From contig NW_015169920.1 in NCBI RefSeq assembly GCF_001447785.1, positions 1 through 61,156 of the forward strand: a stretch of 61,156 nucleotides of DNA, read 5' to 3'. Positions 36,901 through 48,679 of this stretch are shown here, in pieces (the stretch's first letter is position 1; each line of letters begins with the position of its first letter). Below the pieces are notes generated by a model. It worked only from the letters and a program-made list of their open reading frames with translations, did not search any database and was not told where the DNA came from. Both the position numbers and the translations under genes were made by a program. The DNA is from Gekko japonicus. Lineage: Eukaryota.

Positions 36901-37975
36901 GCCAGTCGCTCGCAAAGTCGAGTTTTTGCTCACAAGACTCCACAGCTTAGAGGGAACATTGCTTGCAAAAACTATTTAAAGGGAAGGCTCCCTTTAAATG
37001 GTTCTTGCAAGCTGGCTCCTTCTGAATGATGTCATCATGTGGAGGGACCTCCTTCCCCTCCAGGAACATCCCCCAAAGTCCCCCACCAGGGAGGAGACAG
37101 AACACACTGCTCTTTGCTAAAGGACACCTTGGCTGTGAACACTTTGGCTTGAACTAAACACTCACTGGAAGGCATTTTCTGAACCAGAAATTATTATCAG
37201 TGAAACATCATTTGGCATGTGATTGCATCTTTGGAGGCCTCATTTGTACTTTTATTCTGTGCCTAGCGGCTTCACTATGGAACCATTCTTTTCTGTTTCC
37301 ATAGTATCTCTCCTCTCTCCTTATATATAAATGAGTAGTGGGGTGGCACTTTCCAGTTCTCCCATTGGCTGTGCAATATGCTCCATCAGCCATTGGCCTG
37401 TCAGCCACCACTCAAGAGTACTTGCATGCCATTGGCTGGGTGCTAGGTCTGCTCCGCTTCCCCGCCCACTCCCACCTCAGCCACTGTTCCCTGTCAGAAT
37501 TACTGGCAAACGGCTGTCTCTCCCAACGAAGACACCTCTCCTGCTTGGCTCCTCTGTGGGACTCACTTTTCCCTCAGTGGCTGCTGGTAGAAGGAAACCC
37601 TTTCTAGGCCGTTCTCCCCGAAGGGGATTCGAAGTGGCTTACACCACTCCCCTTTCCTCCATCTCATCCTCACAACAACCTTGTGAGGTAGGTCAGGTTG
37701 GGAGAGCATGATTGGCCCAAGGTCCCCCGGATACTAGTCCAACCCTCTTAATCACTATACCACACTGGCTCTCAGTGGCCTAAGGCACAAAAGCCTTAAC
37801 AGGGCGAAAGGTGACATCCCTATAATCATGTGGCACATGTCGATACTTTTGCCTGTATTGTGATGCCAGGTGGCAAAAGGTGGCATGGGTGGGAAAGGGG
37901 GTTTGGCCTCTCCTCCTGTGGCACCTTCTCAGCCTGCAGCAATCCCAAAGGTATACTATTTGGCCTACTGAGGAC

Positions 37976-38353
37976 CAGGGCTATTTTTGGGCAGGAACGC
38001 ACAGGAACGGACTTCCGGCTGGCTCCCAAGTTGGCCACGCCCAGCAGGAACTCATTAGCATAATAGGCCACACCCAAGAGCAGAAACTCATCTGGATTGG
38101 CTACAATTAGGGGGGGTTGGCCTAACATGCAAAAAGCCCTGGGTTTTGACAACAAGCAAGGTAAAGAGAATAAGAAGCAAAAGGTGGGTGTGGCTGGATG
38201 ACCACACTTCTGGTAACATGGGGGTGTGGCCTAATATGCGAATGAGCTGTGCTGTCAGGGGTGTGGCCTAATATGCGAATGAGTTCCTGCTGTTGGGTAT
38301 GGCCTATTATGCTAATGAGTTCCTGCTGGGCTTTTTCTACAAAAAAAGCCCTG
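37976..38353. mobile_element. hAT MITE family B
   Basis: 8-bp TSD ctgaggac. Confidence 0.92.
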
Positions 38354-39977
38354 CTGAGGACACCCATGTTATGCCTGTGGGCAGGGTTGCCAACTCCACA
38401 TTAGGAAACCTGGAGATTTGGGGGTGGAGTTTGGGGAAGTGTGTGTGGAAGAGAGGGTGCTCAGTGGGCTATGATGCAAAAGCAGCCATTTTTCTCCAGG
38501 GGAACTGATCTCTGCAGTCTGGAGACCAGACGTAAGTCCAGGGTATCGACAAACCTCACCTGGAAGTTGGCAACCCTACCTGTGGACATCTGCACCAGGG
38601 CAGCATTCAGGCCAGGAAAATGGCACATCGGGGAAGGCTAAAAGCCCCTCTCTACATGTACCATAGTTGCCATCCAAATCAGGCACTGTGTGCACGGGAA
38701 CTGAGAAGAGCCTCAAGAACATAAGAACATAAGAGAAGCCAATGTTGGATCAGGCCAAAGGCCCATCCAGTCCAACACTCTGTGTCACACAGTGGCCGGA
38801 AATACCAGGTGCCATCAGGAGGTCCACCAGTGGGGCCAGGACATTAGAAGCCCTCCCACTGTTGACCCCCCCAAGCACCAAGAAGACAGAGCATCACTTG
38901 CCCCAGAGTCCCCATCTATACCTTGTGGCTAATAGCCACTGATGGACCTCTGCTCCATATGCTTATCTAATTCCCTTTTGAAGCCGTCCATGCTTATAGC
39001 CGCCACCACTTCCTGTGGCAGTGAATTCCAAGTGTTAAGACTGGCTTGGGAGATCTCGGACTCTGCCTGTCTTTACTGTTTTTGCAACCAGAGTCACGAA
39101 CAGCAAGCCCTCCTCCCACCATAAACCTCATCCCACAGGAAAACATGGAAGAACTTAGAAGCTGCTAACGGCAAAAGTTGTCGTGTGATTTGGCAACAGC
39201 AGGCAGGCAGGAATTTTGCCACACGCCGGGTAGTTTGTTTGTCTCTGTGATGATTTCACCAGATGATTTCACCAGAAGAGAGGGAGTCCAGATTAAAGAA
39301 AGGGGAGATCAGTTGGAGCTGAAAATTTGGAGCAGTCATGCAGCACATGACCCACAGAGTTGATTTTATTGCCGCCGCAGTTACAGTCGACGTGAATAGT
39401 CAGTCAGTCAGTCATAGTTTATTGTGCGTAGCCATTGGGTTTTACCATATCAAATATATACAATCAATCGGAATTTAAAATTCTAAAATTTCAACTCTCC
39501 GAGTCGATCCGAGTATGAAATCCCATCAGATCTTCCTGGCATTGCAGCTGAAGGTATTCAGGCGCACTGGCATGAATGCCCTTCTATACTTTGGAAGAAC
39601 TATCTCAGATAAATAGTTTGGCACTGATGTTGGAGGTTGAATGCCTACTGAAAAGGACGAGCACGCTCTTTGGGCTCTAATCGATGCGCTCACGTTGTCA
39701 AAGTCTCTCAGATGTCTTCTAACGAGCTGTGACAGTTCTTGTCAACCTGCCTGTATAAGCTGTAATGTGTGAATGACGGCTACCTTGGCCCGCTCCCTGG
39801 ACAGGACGGAGAAAGAACAAAGTTGCCCCTGTCGCACAGCAGTTGAGGTCCCTGCCAGGAAAAAACAGGTTGCAATCTCAGGTGGACGAGTGTTCTGTTC
39901 TAGGTGTAGTCGGGCCTTTTTGTTCCTGTCATCTCCACAGCCTATTCAATTTGGCTAGGATACTCCCAAGCCCTCTG

Positions 39978-40076
39978 TATATATATACTGGGAGGAAACT
40001 TGATGCTCTAACACTTCCTGGACCAAATTTGCCACCGTACTTGGACAACTGCATCCAGCACCAGATTCAGGTAAAA
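39978..40076 (+). promoter_or_regulatory. Putative TATA box and non-coding exon 1 of the RNase gene at 41614
   Basis: TATATATATA 39978-39987, then donor CAG|GTAAAA (GT at 40071), ~1.5 kb upstream of the coding-exon acceptor. Confidence 0.5.
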
Positions 40077-40264
40077 CCAGGCAGTGATGCTAATTTTTTT
40101 TTTCTTAGGCTCAAATTGGAATTTGGACCATTTGACTGTGATGGTTTGATGCTCTGTCCATTCAGTTCCCCCATCAGCTTTGAATAATGCAGAGATCTAC
40201 GGGAAAGCCAGTAGTCAATATTCGTAGTTTTCGATATGTATGTACATACATGCTGTGAAGTTGC

Positions 40265-41030
40265 TAGTTTGGCATAGTGGTTAAGTGTGCGGACTCTAAT
40301 CTGGGAGAACCGGGTTTGATCCCCCACGCCTCCACTTGCAGCTGCTGGATGACCTTGGGCAAGCCCTAGTTCTGTCAGAGCTGTTCTTGAAAGGGCCCTC
40401 TCAGCCCCACCTACCTCACAGGGTGTCTGTTGTGGGGAGGGGAAGGGAAGGGAAAGGAGTTTGTAAGCCGCTCTGAGACTTCGAGTGAAGGGCGGGGTAT
40501 AAAACCAATATCTTCTCATATGATGCCGTCGAACAGTGAGAACTGGGGGGGGGGCTAGCATTTGCCACCCTCTGCAGAGCCTTCCTTGGTGGTCTCCCCT
40601 CCAAGTACTGACCTTGCTTACCTTCTGAGATCTGACAAGATGAGGCCATATCATACCACTCCACATCCAATTAGGGCCAGTTCCAGGTTTTTTTTGGGGG
40701 GGGGGGCAGAGTGGCCACAGCCTCCTTCCCTCCCCTGGCTACCATCAGGCGTCCCAGATGAGAGTTAGTTTGGTGTAGTGGTTAGGAGCGTGGACTGTAA
40801 TCTGGGAGATTCGATTCCCCGCTTCTCCACATGCAGCTGCTGGTGTGACCTTGGGTCAGTCCCAAGCTCTTTCAGAGCTGTTCCCTCAGGAGCAGTCCTC
40901 GAAAGAGCTCTCTCAGCCCCTACCTACCTCACAGGGCGTCGTGGGGAGGGGAAGGGAAAGGGATTGTAAGCCGCTCTGAGACTTCTTCGGGCAGTGAAGA
41001 GCGGGGTATCCATCCAGTCTCTTCTTCCTT
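40265..41030 (+). mobile_element. Two Squam3-type SINEs (40265-40515, 40762-41030) flanking a 5S-derived SINE fragment (~40558-40665, minus)
   Basis: Family consensus head and tail in both copies. Confidence 0.8.
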
Positions 41031-41106
41031 CCTATCCACGGACTCACATGCCTGTTCACCCTTTCCCCACCCCTTCATAAATCCTCTTAGCTGCAACACT
41101 CACAGA

Positions 41107-41312
41107 CAGTGTTCCCTCTAAGCTGAGTTAGTGTGAGCTAGCTCACAGTTTTTTAGCCTCTGGCTCACTAATTTTTGTCTTTGCTCAGGAAGGATGGCTC
41201 TAGAGCAAACTAATTTATGCTGTAGCCAATTTGCTCGCTCACAACTTTAATGCCAGTAGCTCACAAAGTAGAATTTCTGCTCACAAGACTCCACAGCTTA
41301 GAGGGAGCATTG
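41107..41312. mobile_element. hAT MITE family C (~205 bp, TIR CAGTGTTCCCTCTAAGCT)
   Basis: 8-bp TSD ctcacaga. Other copies ~412-617, 14030-14214, 14803-15008, 35859-36961 (gapped), 43579-43784, 48217-48413, 51814-51927, 51985-52180, 56957-57167. Confidence 0.9.
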
Positions 41313-41613
41313 CTCACAGAGGCCTGCGATGCCCACGTGCCCGTCTCCTGATGATGCTGGGCACTGCATCTGGAGGCAGTGTGCTTGCAAGCAAGCGGGT
41401 CATAGTCAGTGGCACTGCACACTGCCAGGAGAACTGGGCCCGGGCAGCTGCCCGGCCTCTGGGTGCCAGCCCGGAAAACAATAATGAAAATCGAAGTACT
41501 GAAAATGGTACTTAGAGGGTTGCTGGGCCTCTCCGCCACCCTCTTTTGGCTATCAGTTGTTTGCTGGGAGGTGGGACCGAGGTCACCGTCCCTTCCTTGA
41601 ATTTCAGGTGGCC

Positions 41614-42060
41614 ATGTGGACCTGGAAGGGGACGCCCCTTTTCCTAGCCGCCGTGACCTACCTGTGCGTGGGCACCACCGCCTACTACAACGAGAGGTAC
41701 CAGACGTTCTTAAGCCAGCACCACGACAACCCCAAGACGAAAATCGAGAACGCCGAATACTGCGCAGTCCTGATGAATTACAGGAGCGTCTTCCAATCCT
41801 GCAAGCCGTTCAACATTTTCATCCACGCCTCCGAGGTGCAACTCCAGGACGTGTGCGGGGCCGGCGGGTACCCCTACCACGGCACTGGGAAGCGTCAGAG
41901 CAGGACGTACTACCCCATCACCATCTGCAGGCTGGGGGTGATGACCAGGTCCCGGCAGTGCGTCTATTACGCCGCCTTCAGCACCAGGCGCCTGGTCCTT
42001 AGCTGCGATGAGAACAGACTGCCCGTGCAACTAGACGAAGTCCTCACCATGAGTGGATGA
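41614..42060 (+). CDS. Secreted RNase A-fold protein, non-canonical (His119->Gln, Thr45->Ile), 148 aa
   Basis: Signal peptide; FLSQH, CKPFNIF, PVQL; 6 conserved Cys; no stops or frameshifts. Acceptor ccttccttgaatttcAG at 41606-41607; gccATG; AATAAA at 42136-42141. Confidence 0.95.
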   Translation: MWTWKGTPLFLAAVTYLCVGTTAYYNERYQTFLSQHHDNPKTKIENAEYCAVLMNYRSVFQSCKPFNIFIHASEVQLQDVCGAGGYPYHGTGKRQSRTYYPITICRLGVMTRSRQCVYYAAFSTRRLVLSCDENRLPVQLDEVLTMSG

Positions 42061-43493
42061 ACACTGGGCGGCCTCTCGGAGTGAATGCTCGGAGGACACT
42101 GGCTGGCCTCGGCACGGATGCAACCCTTCCCCTGAAATAAAGGTGTCTTTGGGCAGACAGGCTACTCAGAAGAGCGTTTCTCTGTTGCATCGTATGAAGG
42201 TTGAGGGCAATGCTCCCTGTGTTCCCAGTGTGCCGGTGTGGCTTCAATCTGGACCCTTCCCCCAATATCTCCGGGCAAAACCATTCAAGTCCTGCGTTGC
42301 CAACCTCCAGGCGGGGCCTCGAGATCTCCCAGAATTACAGCTCCTCTCCAGACAACAGAGCTCAGTTCCCCTGGAGAAAATGGCTGTTTTGGAGGATGGA
42401 CTCTACGACACTTGACCTCACTGAGGCTCCTCCCCTCTCCAAACCCCACCTTCTCAAGGCTCCGCCTCCGAAAGCTTCAGGAATGAACCGACCCAGAGTT
42501 GGCGACTGTATTCTTAACTTGCTGTTCCTCAAGGTCGGAAGGGCTTCCAAAATCCTCATCTGCGTTTCTCTCTGAAGTCTGGCATTCAAAATCATCTGGG
42601 CTTGCTTTCGAACTCGAGCGGATGCATTCTAAATTCACCACTTTCAATTTTTAAAAAAACTTACATACCGAGTTGTGGCCCACACGCAGGGCTTGCCACA
42701 CCTTGCGGCTTATCTTGTATCTTTGTATCTCCCTACACCTCCTCCAAGAAGGTGTACATGGCTAGCCCTTCCTCACTTTATCCTCACCACAACCCTGTGA
42801 GGTAGGTGAGGCTGATAGTGACCAGTCCAACGTCAACCATTGAGCTTCACGGCAAAGTAGGGATTTGAACCTGGGTCTTTCCAAATTCTAGTCTGACACT
42901 CTGACCAGTACACCGCACCGGCGCTCTGTTTCTTCCTCCCTTTCTCCTTCTCTACATTACCCATGTGCCTCTTGGTAATCGACTGTAAAACAAAAGATCA
43001 TTGTGTAACTGACTGAACCAAGAATGTTTGGGTGTGATGTATTTACTGTGTGCAGGACAGTGTTTGTGCAGGAATAAAGTTCTTCACATAAAGGCTCTCA
43101 CAGCAGTCATATGTAGAGTCACTCCTCTTCTTCCCAGGATACTCTCAATTTTGCCTCTAGACACTGATATCAACTGAGGGGAGGGATCCAAACCAACCTG
43201 AGGCAATGAAAACTGCATAATCCACACTAGACATTCTGCCTTGGGAGCCGTAGATCATTTCAGGGGGTGGCTGCGTCGATGTGCAATAAAAATAGCTAGA
43301 TTCAGATCTAGTAGCACCGTAGAGACCAACATGATTTTGGGGAATATGAACTTTCGAGCTATACAGTTATAACAAATCTGTTTGGATACATTTCACACAC
43401 ATACAGTATGTAGCTGCAGGATTTCAAGTTCTGTCTCTTCTATGGTTACAGGAACATTTTTTTTTAGTCACCCTCCAAAGTAGATATATGCAG

Positions 43494-44135
43494 AGAATCA
43501 TAGAGTAGGAAGGGATCTCCAGGGTCATCTAGTCCAACCCCCTGTACAATGTGGTAACTTCACAAATACATCCCCCCACCACTATTCCCTCTAAGCTGAG
43601 TTAGTGTGAGCTAGGTCACAGTTTTTTAGCTTCCAGCTCACACATTTTTCTCTTAGCTCAGGAAGAATGGCTCCAGAACAAACTAATTTATGCAGTGGCC
43701 AAATCACTTGCTCACAACTTTAATGCCAGTAGCTCACAAAGTAGAATTTTTGCTCACAAGATTACACAGCTTAGAGGGAACATTGCGGCCCCCACACACC
43801 TAGTGACTGCTGTTCCAGGACCATGAGATGACCAAAATCCCCCACAACCCACCAGGATCCCTGGCCAAACTGGCCTGGAGAAAAATTGCTTCCTGACCCC
43901 AAAGTGGTGATCAGCATTTCCCTGGGCATGTAAAAAGGGGCCACAAGCATGGGTGCAACCCTTCCTGCCCTCCCTCTCACGATCTGCCCAAGTTCACAGA
44001 ATCCACATTGCTGTCAGTTGGCCATCTAGCCTCTGTTTGCGAACCTCCAAGGAAGGCGAGCCCACCACCTCCCGAGGAAGCCTGCTCCACCGAGGAACCG
44101 CCCTAGCCGTCAGGAGGTTCTTCCTAAACGTTTAG
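43494..44135 (-). mobile_element. CR1 3' end with (ATTCT)-type tail, interrupted by MITE C; related fragment 11041-11330
   Basis: agaatcatagag...ggtcatctagtccaacccc signature. Confidence 0.82.
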
Positions 44136-44513
44136 CCGAATCGGAGAAGCCGTGTGTTTATCATTCCGGTTCTGGATTTCAGGAACTGTGGGCGAGTACT
44201 GTGCTTTTAAGAATTGGTGTGTGTGTGTGTGCCGATGAGACACCTGGCCTTGACAATCGGGATGCTTAGATTTCCTGCATCACTCTCTTCAGCAACTGAA
44301 CCCACGAATCAGACCATCGGTCCACCAAAGTCAGTAACATCCACTACTCAGGCCGCTTTCATATCACCTGCTGTCAGATCCTTGAACTGGAGATGCCAGA
44401 AATGAAGCCTCGGCCCTTTTATTACTGAGCCACGCCTCCCCCCCCCCATCAGCTCCTTCCCACACTGGAGTGGAAGCACCCTTACCACTTTCTGTCCAAC
44501 ATGGTGCTACAAG

Positions 44514-44909
44514 CAAGGCTATTTTTGGGCAGGGACGCACAGGAACGGAGTTCCGGCTGGCTCCCAAGTTGGCCACGCCCAGCAGGAACTCATTAGCATA
44601 ATAGGCCACACCCAACACCAGGAACTCATTAGGATTGGCTACATTAGGGGGTGTGGCCTAATATGCAAAGGAGTTCCTGCTACAAAAACAGGCCCTGGAC
44701 TTTGACAACAAACAAGGTAAACAGAATAAGAAGCAAAAGGTGGGTGTGGCTGGATGACCACACTTCTGGTAACATGGGGGTGTGGCCTATAATGCCAATG
44801 AGCTGTGCTGTCAGGGGTGTGGCCTAATATGTTAATATGTTTCTGCTGCTGGGTGTAGCCTATTATGCTAATGAGGTCCTGCTGGGCTTTTTCCACAAAA
44901 AAAGCCCTG
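44514..44909. mobile_element. hAT MITE family B
   Basis: TSD gctacaag / gctgcaag. Confidence 0.9.
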
Positions 44910-44967
44910 GCTGCAAGCATTTGGCCAGCAGGTCACATGACAGCACCCTCCTGAATGACGGGAAGAT

Positions 44968-45215
44968 GTAGGGTTTCCAGGTCCCTCCTGGTCACCAGCA
45001 GGGGGATGGGGGTGTAGGGTTGCCAGATCCAGGTTGGGAAACTCCTGGAGATTTGGGGATGGAGCCTGGAGAGGACAGGGACTTCAGTGGGGCACAATGC
45101 CATAGACCCCACCCTCCAAAGCATCCATTTTCTCCAGGGTAACTGATCTCTGTAGTCTGGAGAGAAGCTGCAATTTTGGGGGATCCCCAGGCCCCACCTG
45201 GAGGCTGGCATCCCT
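44968..45215. mobile_element. hAT Blackjack-like MITE (TIR TAGGGTTGCCA)
   Basis: Representative copy. Relatives at ~4725-4945, 5675-6010, 12649-12855, 13240-13895, 17535-17830, 22460-22605, 30115-30497, 32468-32713, 38383-38578, 42294-42508, 45290-45485, 54133-54365. Confidence 0.75.
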
Positions 45216-45496
45216 AGGAAGATGAGAAACCAGGGGATTTGAAGCCTGCCTGCGCTAAACAGGAATCCTCTGTGATTTCACCATCTCCTTATGTCGCCAC
45301 CTCCAAGTTGGGAAATTCCTGGAGATTTTGGAAGTGGAGCCTGGAGAGGGTGGGGATTTGGAGAGGGACCTCAGTGGGATATAATTCTAACACACCCACC
45401 CTTCAGCACAGTCATTTTCTCCAGGGGAACGGATCTGTGTAGTCTGGAGCTCAGATTATACTGCTCCCACCGGAAGGCTGGCAGTCACCACAGCAG

Positions 45497-45860
45497 TGAA
45501 AAAAGAACTGTGACAATTTAGCGCTTGGTACAATGATCGCCCATTGAAGAACTATAATTGCCCATTGAAGAACATAGCTGTGAGCATAGCTTTATGACGA
45601 AGTGAATCAACAGTATATTTTCAATATGCCACCAAGAGAAGTGAATTGTTGAAAGACAGTTTATGTACACATCCTTGTTCAGAAGATCATTGTCGAAACG
45701 GCACACCATTCCGGAGACCACCGTCTACATTCACTATATATATATTACTTATTTTCTGTTATTGTATATTATGATTTATGAATATAGTGCCAAGCACTAA
45801 ATTGTCACAGTTCTTTTTTCTTTTTTCATTGGTCTTATTACTGTGCCCATTCTTGTAACT
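45497..45860. mobile_element. Unclassified 364-bp insertion with 14-bp TSD and 33-bp inverted segment
   Basis: TSD agtcaccacagcag (45483-45496 / 45861-45874); inverted repeat 45499-45531 / 45787-45819. Confidence 0.7.
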
Positions 45861-46925
45861 AGTCACCACAGCAGGCCAGCGAGGAGAGACTTGGTGTGGG
45901 CGACAAATGTTTCCCACAAGGATCGAAACATGGCACATCAAGCCGGGGTTTGCAGTCCACCCGAGGGTCCCCCAACCCATGGATTTAAGGCCACTTAAAA
46001 CAGAGAAGATTCAGCATGGCTCACCCACAGTGTCGGCCTACACCTTTTAACAGGTGCTATGGCTGCCCACTGTTACCCGAGCACAACAGCCCGCCAAACT
46101 AAGAAATTTGATTGATTGATTGACTGACTGAGTTTCTCACTGGGACTGGGAGAGTGAACAATGGAAGCTTTGTTTATTTTGAAGTAGCAATAATATGAGG
46201 GGGCTTTCTATCCCCCTCCCCAAGTTTAGCAGAGAAGAGAGAGGAGATTGGTAGGTGGGGCTGAGAGAGCTCTTTGGAGAACTGCCCTTGAAAGAACAGC
46301 TCTCACAGAACCTGTGATGGACCCAAGGTCACACCAGCAGCTGCCTGTGGAGGAGTGGGGACTCAAACCCGGTCCTCCCAGATTAGAGTCCGCGCTCCTA
46401 ACCATGACAACAATCTCTTCTCTCTCTCTTCTCTGCTAAACTTGGGGTGATGGTGGTTTGCAAACCCCCTCATTTAATTGCTACTTCAAAAAAAAAAAAG
46501 CCCAAAATAACAACAAAACGAACAAAATAAGAGCCCCAAAATTTGTTAGAGGAGAGACAGCAGATCAGTGGTACAGATGGGCTGTACCCATGCAGACCTA
46601 AAGCGGAACAAAGGAGATTTTTAAAAATAATAATACGTGGGCGGAGCTTTCTTTTGCCTCCTCCGATCTACCGAGGGAACACACTTCCAAGCAAGAGGAA
46701 GATTCAGGTGGGTAGCCGGTCTGAAGCAGCAGAACAAGTTCGAGTCCAGTGGCATCTTTTAAGACCAGTAGAGTTTTATTCAAGGTATAAATTTTTGCCT
46801 GCAAAAACACACTACCTCAGACACATAACCAAATATCTCCATCTGTGTCTGTCAATAGGACAAAGCTGGAAAACGGATCAGCACTTGCCACTTGCTCTCT
46901 TCTCCTCTCTGTTACCCTCTATTGA

Positions 46926-47270
46926 GGAGTTGCGGTGGCTCAAGTGGTTAAGACGCTGAACTGCAGGCTGTGGAAGGTCAGTAGTTCAGCAGTTCGAGAC
47001 CCGGGTGCCGCATGATGGAGTGAGCTCCCGTCTCTAGTTCCAGCTCCTGCCACAACCTAGCAGTTCGAAAGCAAGAAATTGCAAGTAGATAAATAGGTAT
47101 CAGTGGGAAGGGAACAGCGTTCCGTGCGCCTTGGTGTTTAGTCATGCCGGCCACATGACCACGGAAACGTCTTCGGACAGCGCTGGCTCTTCGGCTTGGA
47201 AACGGAGATAAGCTCCGCAACCCTAGAGTCGGATTCGACTGGCTTTCGAGCAAGGGAACCTTTACCTTTA
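46926..47270 (+). mobile_element. Sauria SINE, full length
   Basis: A/B-box head, ACCTTT tail, TSD ttaccctctattgagg (46912-46927 / 47268-47283). Confidence 0.92.
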
Positions 47271-47479
47271 CCCTCTATTGAGGTCAAAGAAGACGGGGAC
47301 GGCAAAGGATGAGACGGTTAGACAATGTCATAGATGCAACGAACATGAAATTGAGCAAACTTCAGAGGACAGCGGAAGACCGTAAGGCCTGGCGTGATCT
47401 GGTCCATGAGGTCGCGAAGAGTCGGGGTGGTGGTCGGACTCGACCGTGCGACTGCGCAACAAGCCTCTATTGCCTTTGC

Positions 47480-48030
47480 GTCTGCAAATACGTAACGACA
47501 TCGTAGAGTTCTCTCCCTCCCATCTTCCCTTCAACCGCCTTATTTTGCATAACCGCTTTCGATTGGTGGAGCGATGAGAACGTTCCGACGGCCTTTCCCG
47601 GCGATTGGCCCACACTGAAGGCAAGCGAGAGTCTCCGCCTTGGGGAGGCAGGATGAAATCCCTCCTCAAGATGGCGGGCGCGAGGCGCTGAGCGGAAGGT
47701 CACGTGAGCCCTTGTCTCTGCGCAGCCTCCGTCAATCCCTTTCCGAAAATGGCGACCCTGCGGCATTTGCGGGGAGCTTGGAGAACGGCTCTTCCCGACG
47801 TCTCGTGGCGGGTAAGCTTTGGTTTTCCTCCTCCCTCCTCGCCGTCGTTCATCCCCCGTAGCGTGCCTTATCCATCATGGAATAGGTTTGCGTATTCCAA
47901 TTTCCTTTCTAGACGTATTCCCTGGTAAGTAAAGCGTGGTAACTAACTCGGTTCTTAAAGGAGTTCGGGGCTGGAACTGGGACCGACACGAGGTACGGAG
48001 GCCGGAGGGGGTAAAATGCGAAACGGCTTG
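47480..48030 (+). promoter_or_regulatory. CpG-island, TATA-less promoter of METTL17
   Basis: CpG-dense. Reverse CCAAT boxes (GATTGG ~47561 and ~47603), YY1 CAAGATGGCGG 47667-47677, ETS-like GCGGAAG ~47692, E-box GTCACGTGA ~47699-47707, second YY1-like AAAATGGCG over the start codon. Confidence 0.8.
47749..47811 (+). CDS. METTL17: METTL17 coding exon 1 (mitochondrial targeting peptide, MATLRHLRGAWRTALPDVSWR)
   Basis: aaaATGg within a CpG island; Arg-rich presequence-like peptide; donor G|GTAAGC at 47812; phase 0 matches exon 2. Confidence 0.85.
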
Positions 48031-48679
48031 GTACCAGGCTTCGATATGTAGCCATAAGGAGATGCAGCGTGCTCGTGTGGGGAGACTCTGGTGCAAAAGG
48101 AGGCCCTGAGTCACCGTGGGTTTGTACTGATTCACCTTAAAAATATTTGCACCTTGTTTTATTTCGCATTCAGAACTCTTTGCGAAAACCAGCCGTTGCA
48201 TTAAAACGGTTAGGACCGGTGTTCCCTCTAAGCTGTGAGCCAGTTCACAGTTTTTTAGCCTCCGGCTCACACATTTTTGTCTTTGCTCAGGAAGGAGGGC
48301 TCCAGAGCAAACTAATTTAGGCAGCAGCCAAATCGCTCGCTCACCACTTTAACGCCAGTAGTTCACAAAGTAGCATTTTTGCTCACGAGACTTAGAGTTT
48401 AGAGGGAACATTGGTTAGGGCGACTGCATAAGAGTTGGAGGAGGTGCAGCATGCCTTGTGTTGGTGGGAAAGGAGAGCTACCTTTTGCGGACATCCGGGA
48501 GAGACACTTGGGCTGCAGTCACGCACACTAAATAATGTACTTTTCAATGCAATTTCCAATTGGGTTTTGCCCGTTCAGACTGTAAAATCTAGTTGGAAAG
48601 TGCACTGAAAGTGGATTCAGAGTGAATTATTTAGTGTGTGTGACTGCAGCTGTGGGCTGCTTTGTTTTTGTTACATACC

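Noticed and set aside
37320-37530. Cluster of three CCATTGG boxes, possible promoter or LTR
   Set aside because: No associated exon, TSD or LTR termini that I can identify.
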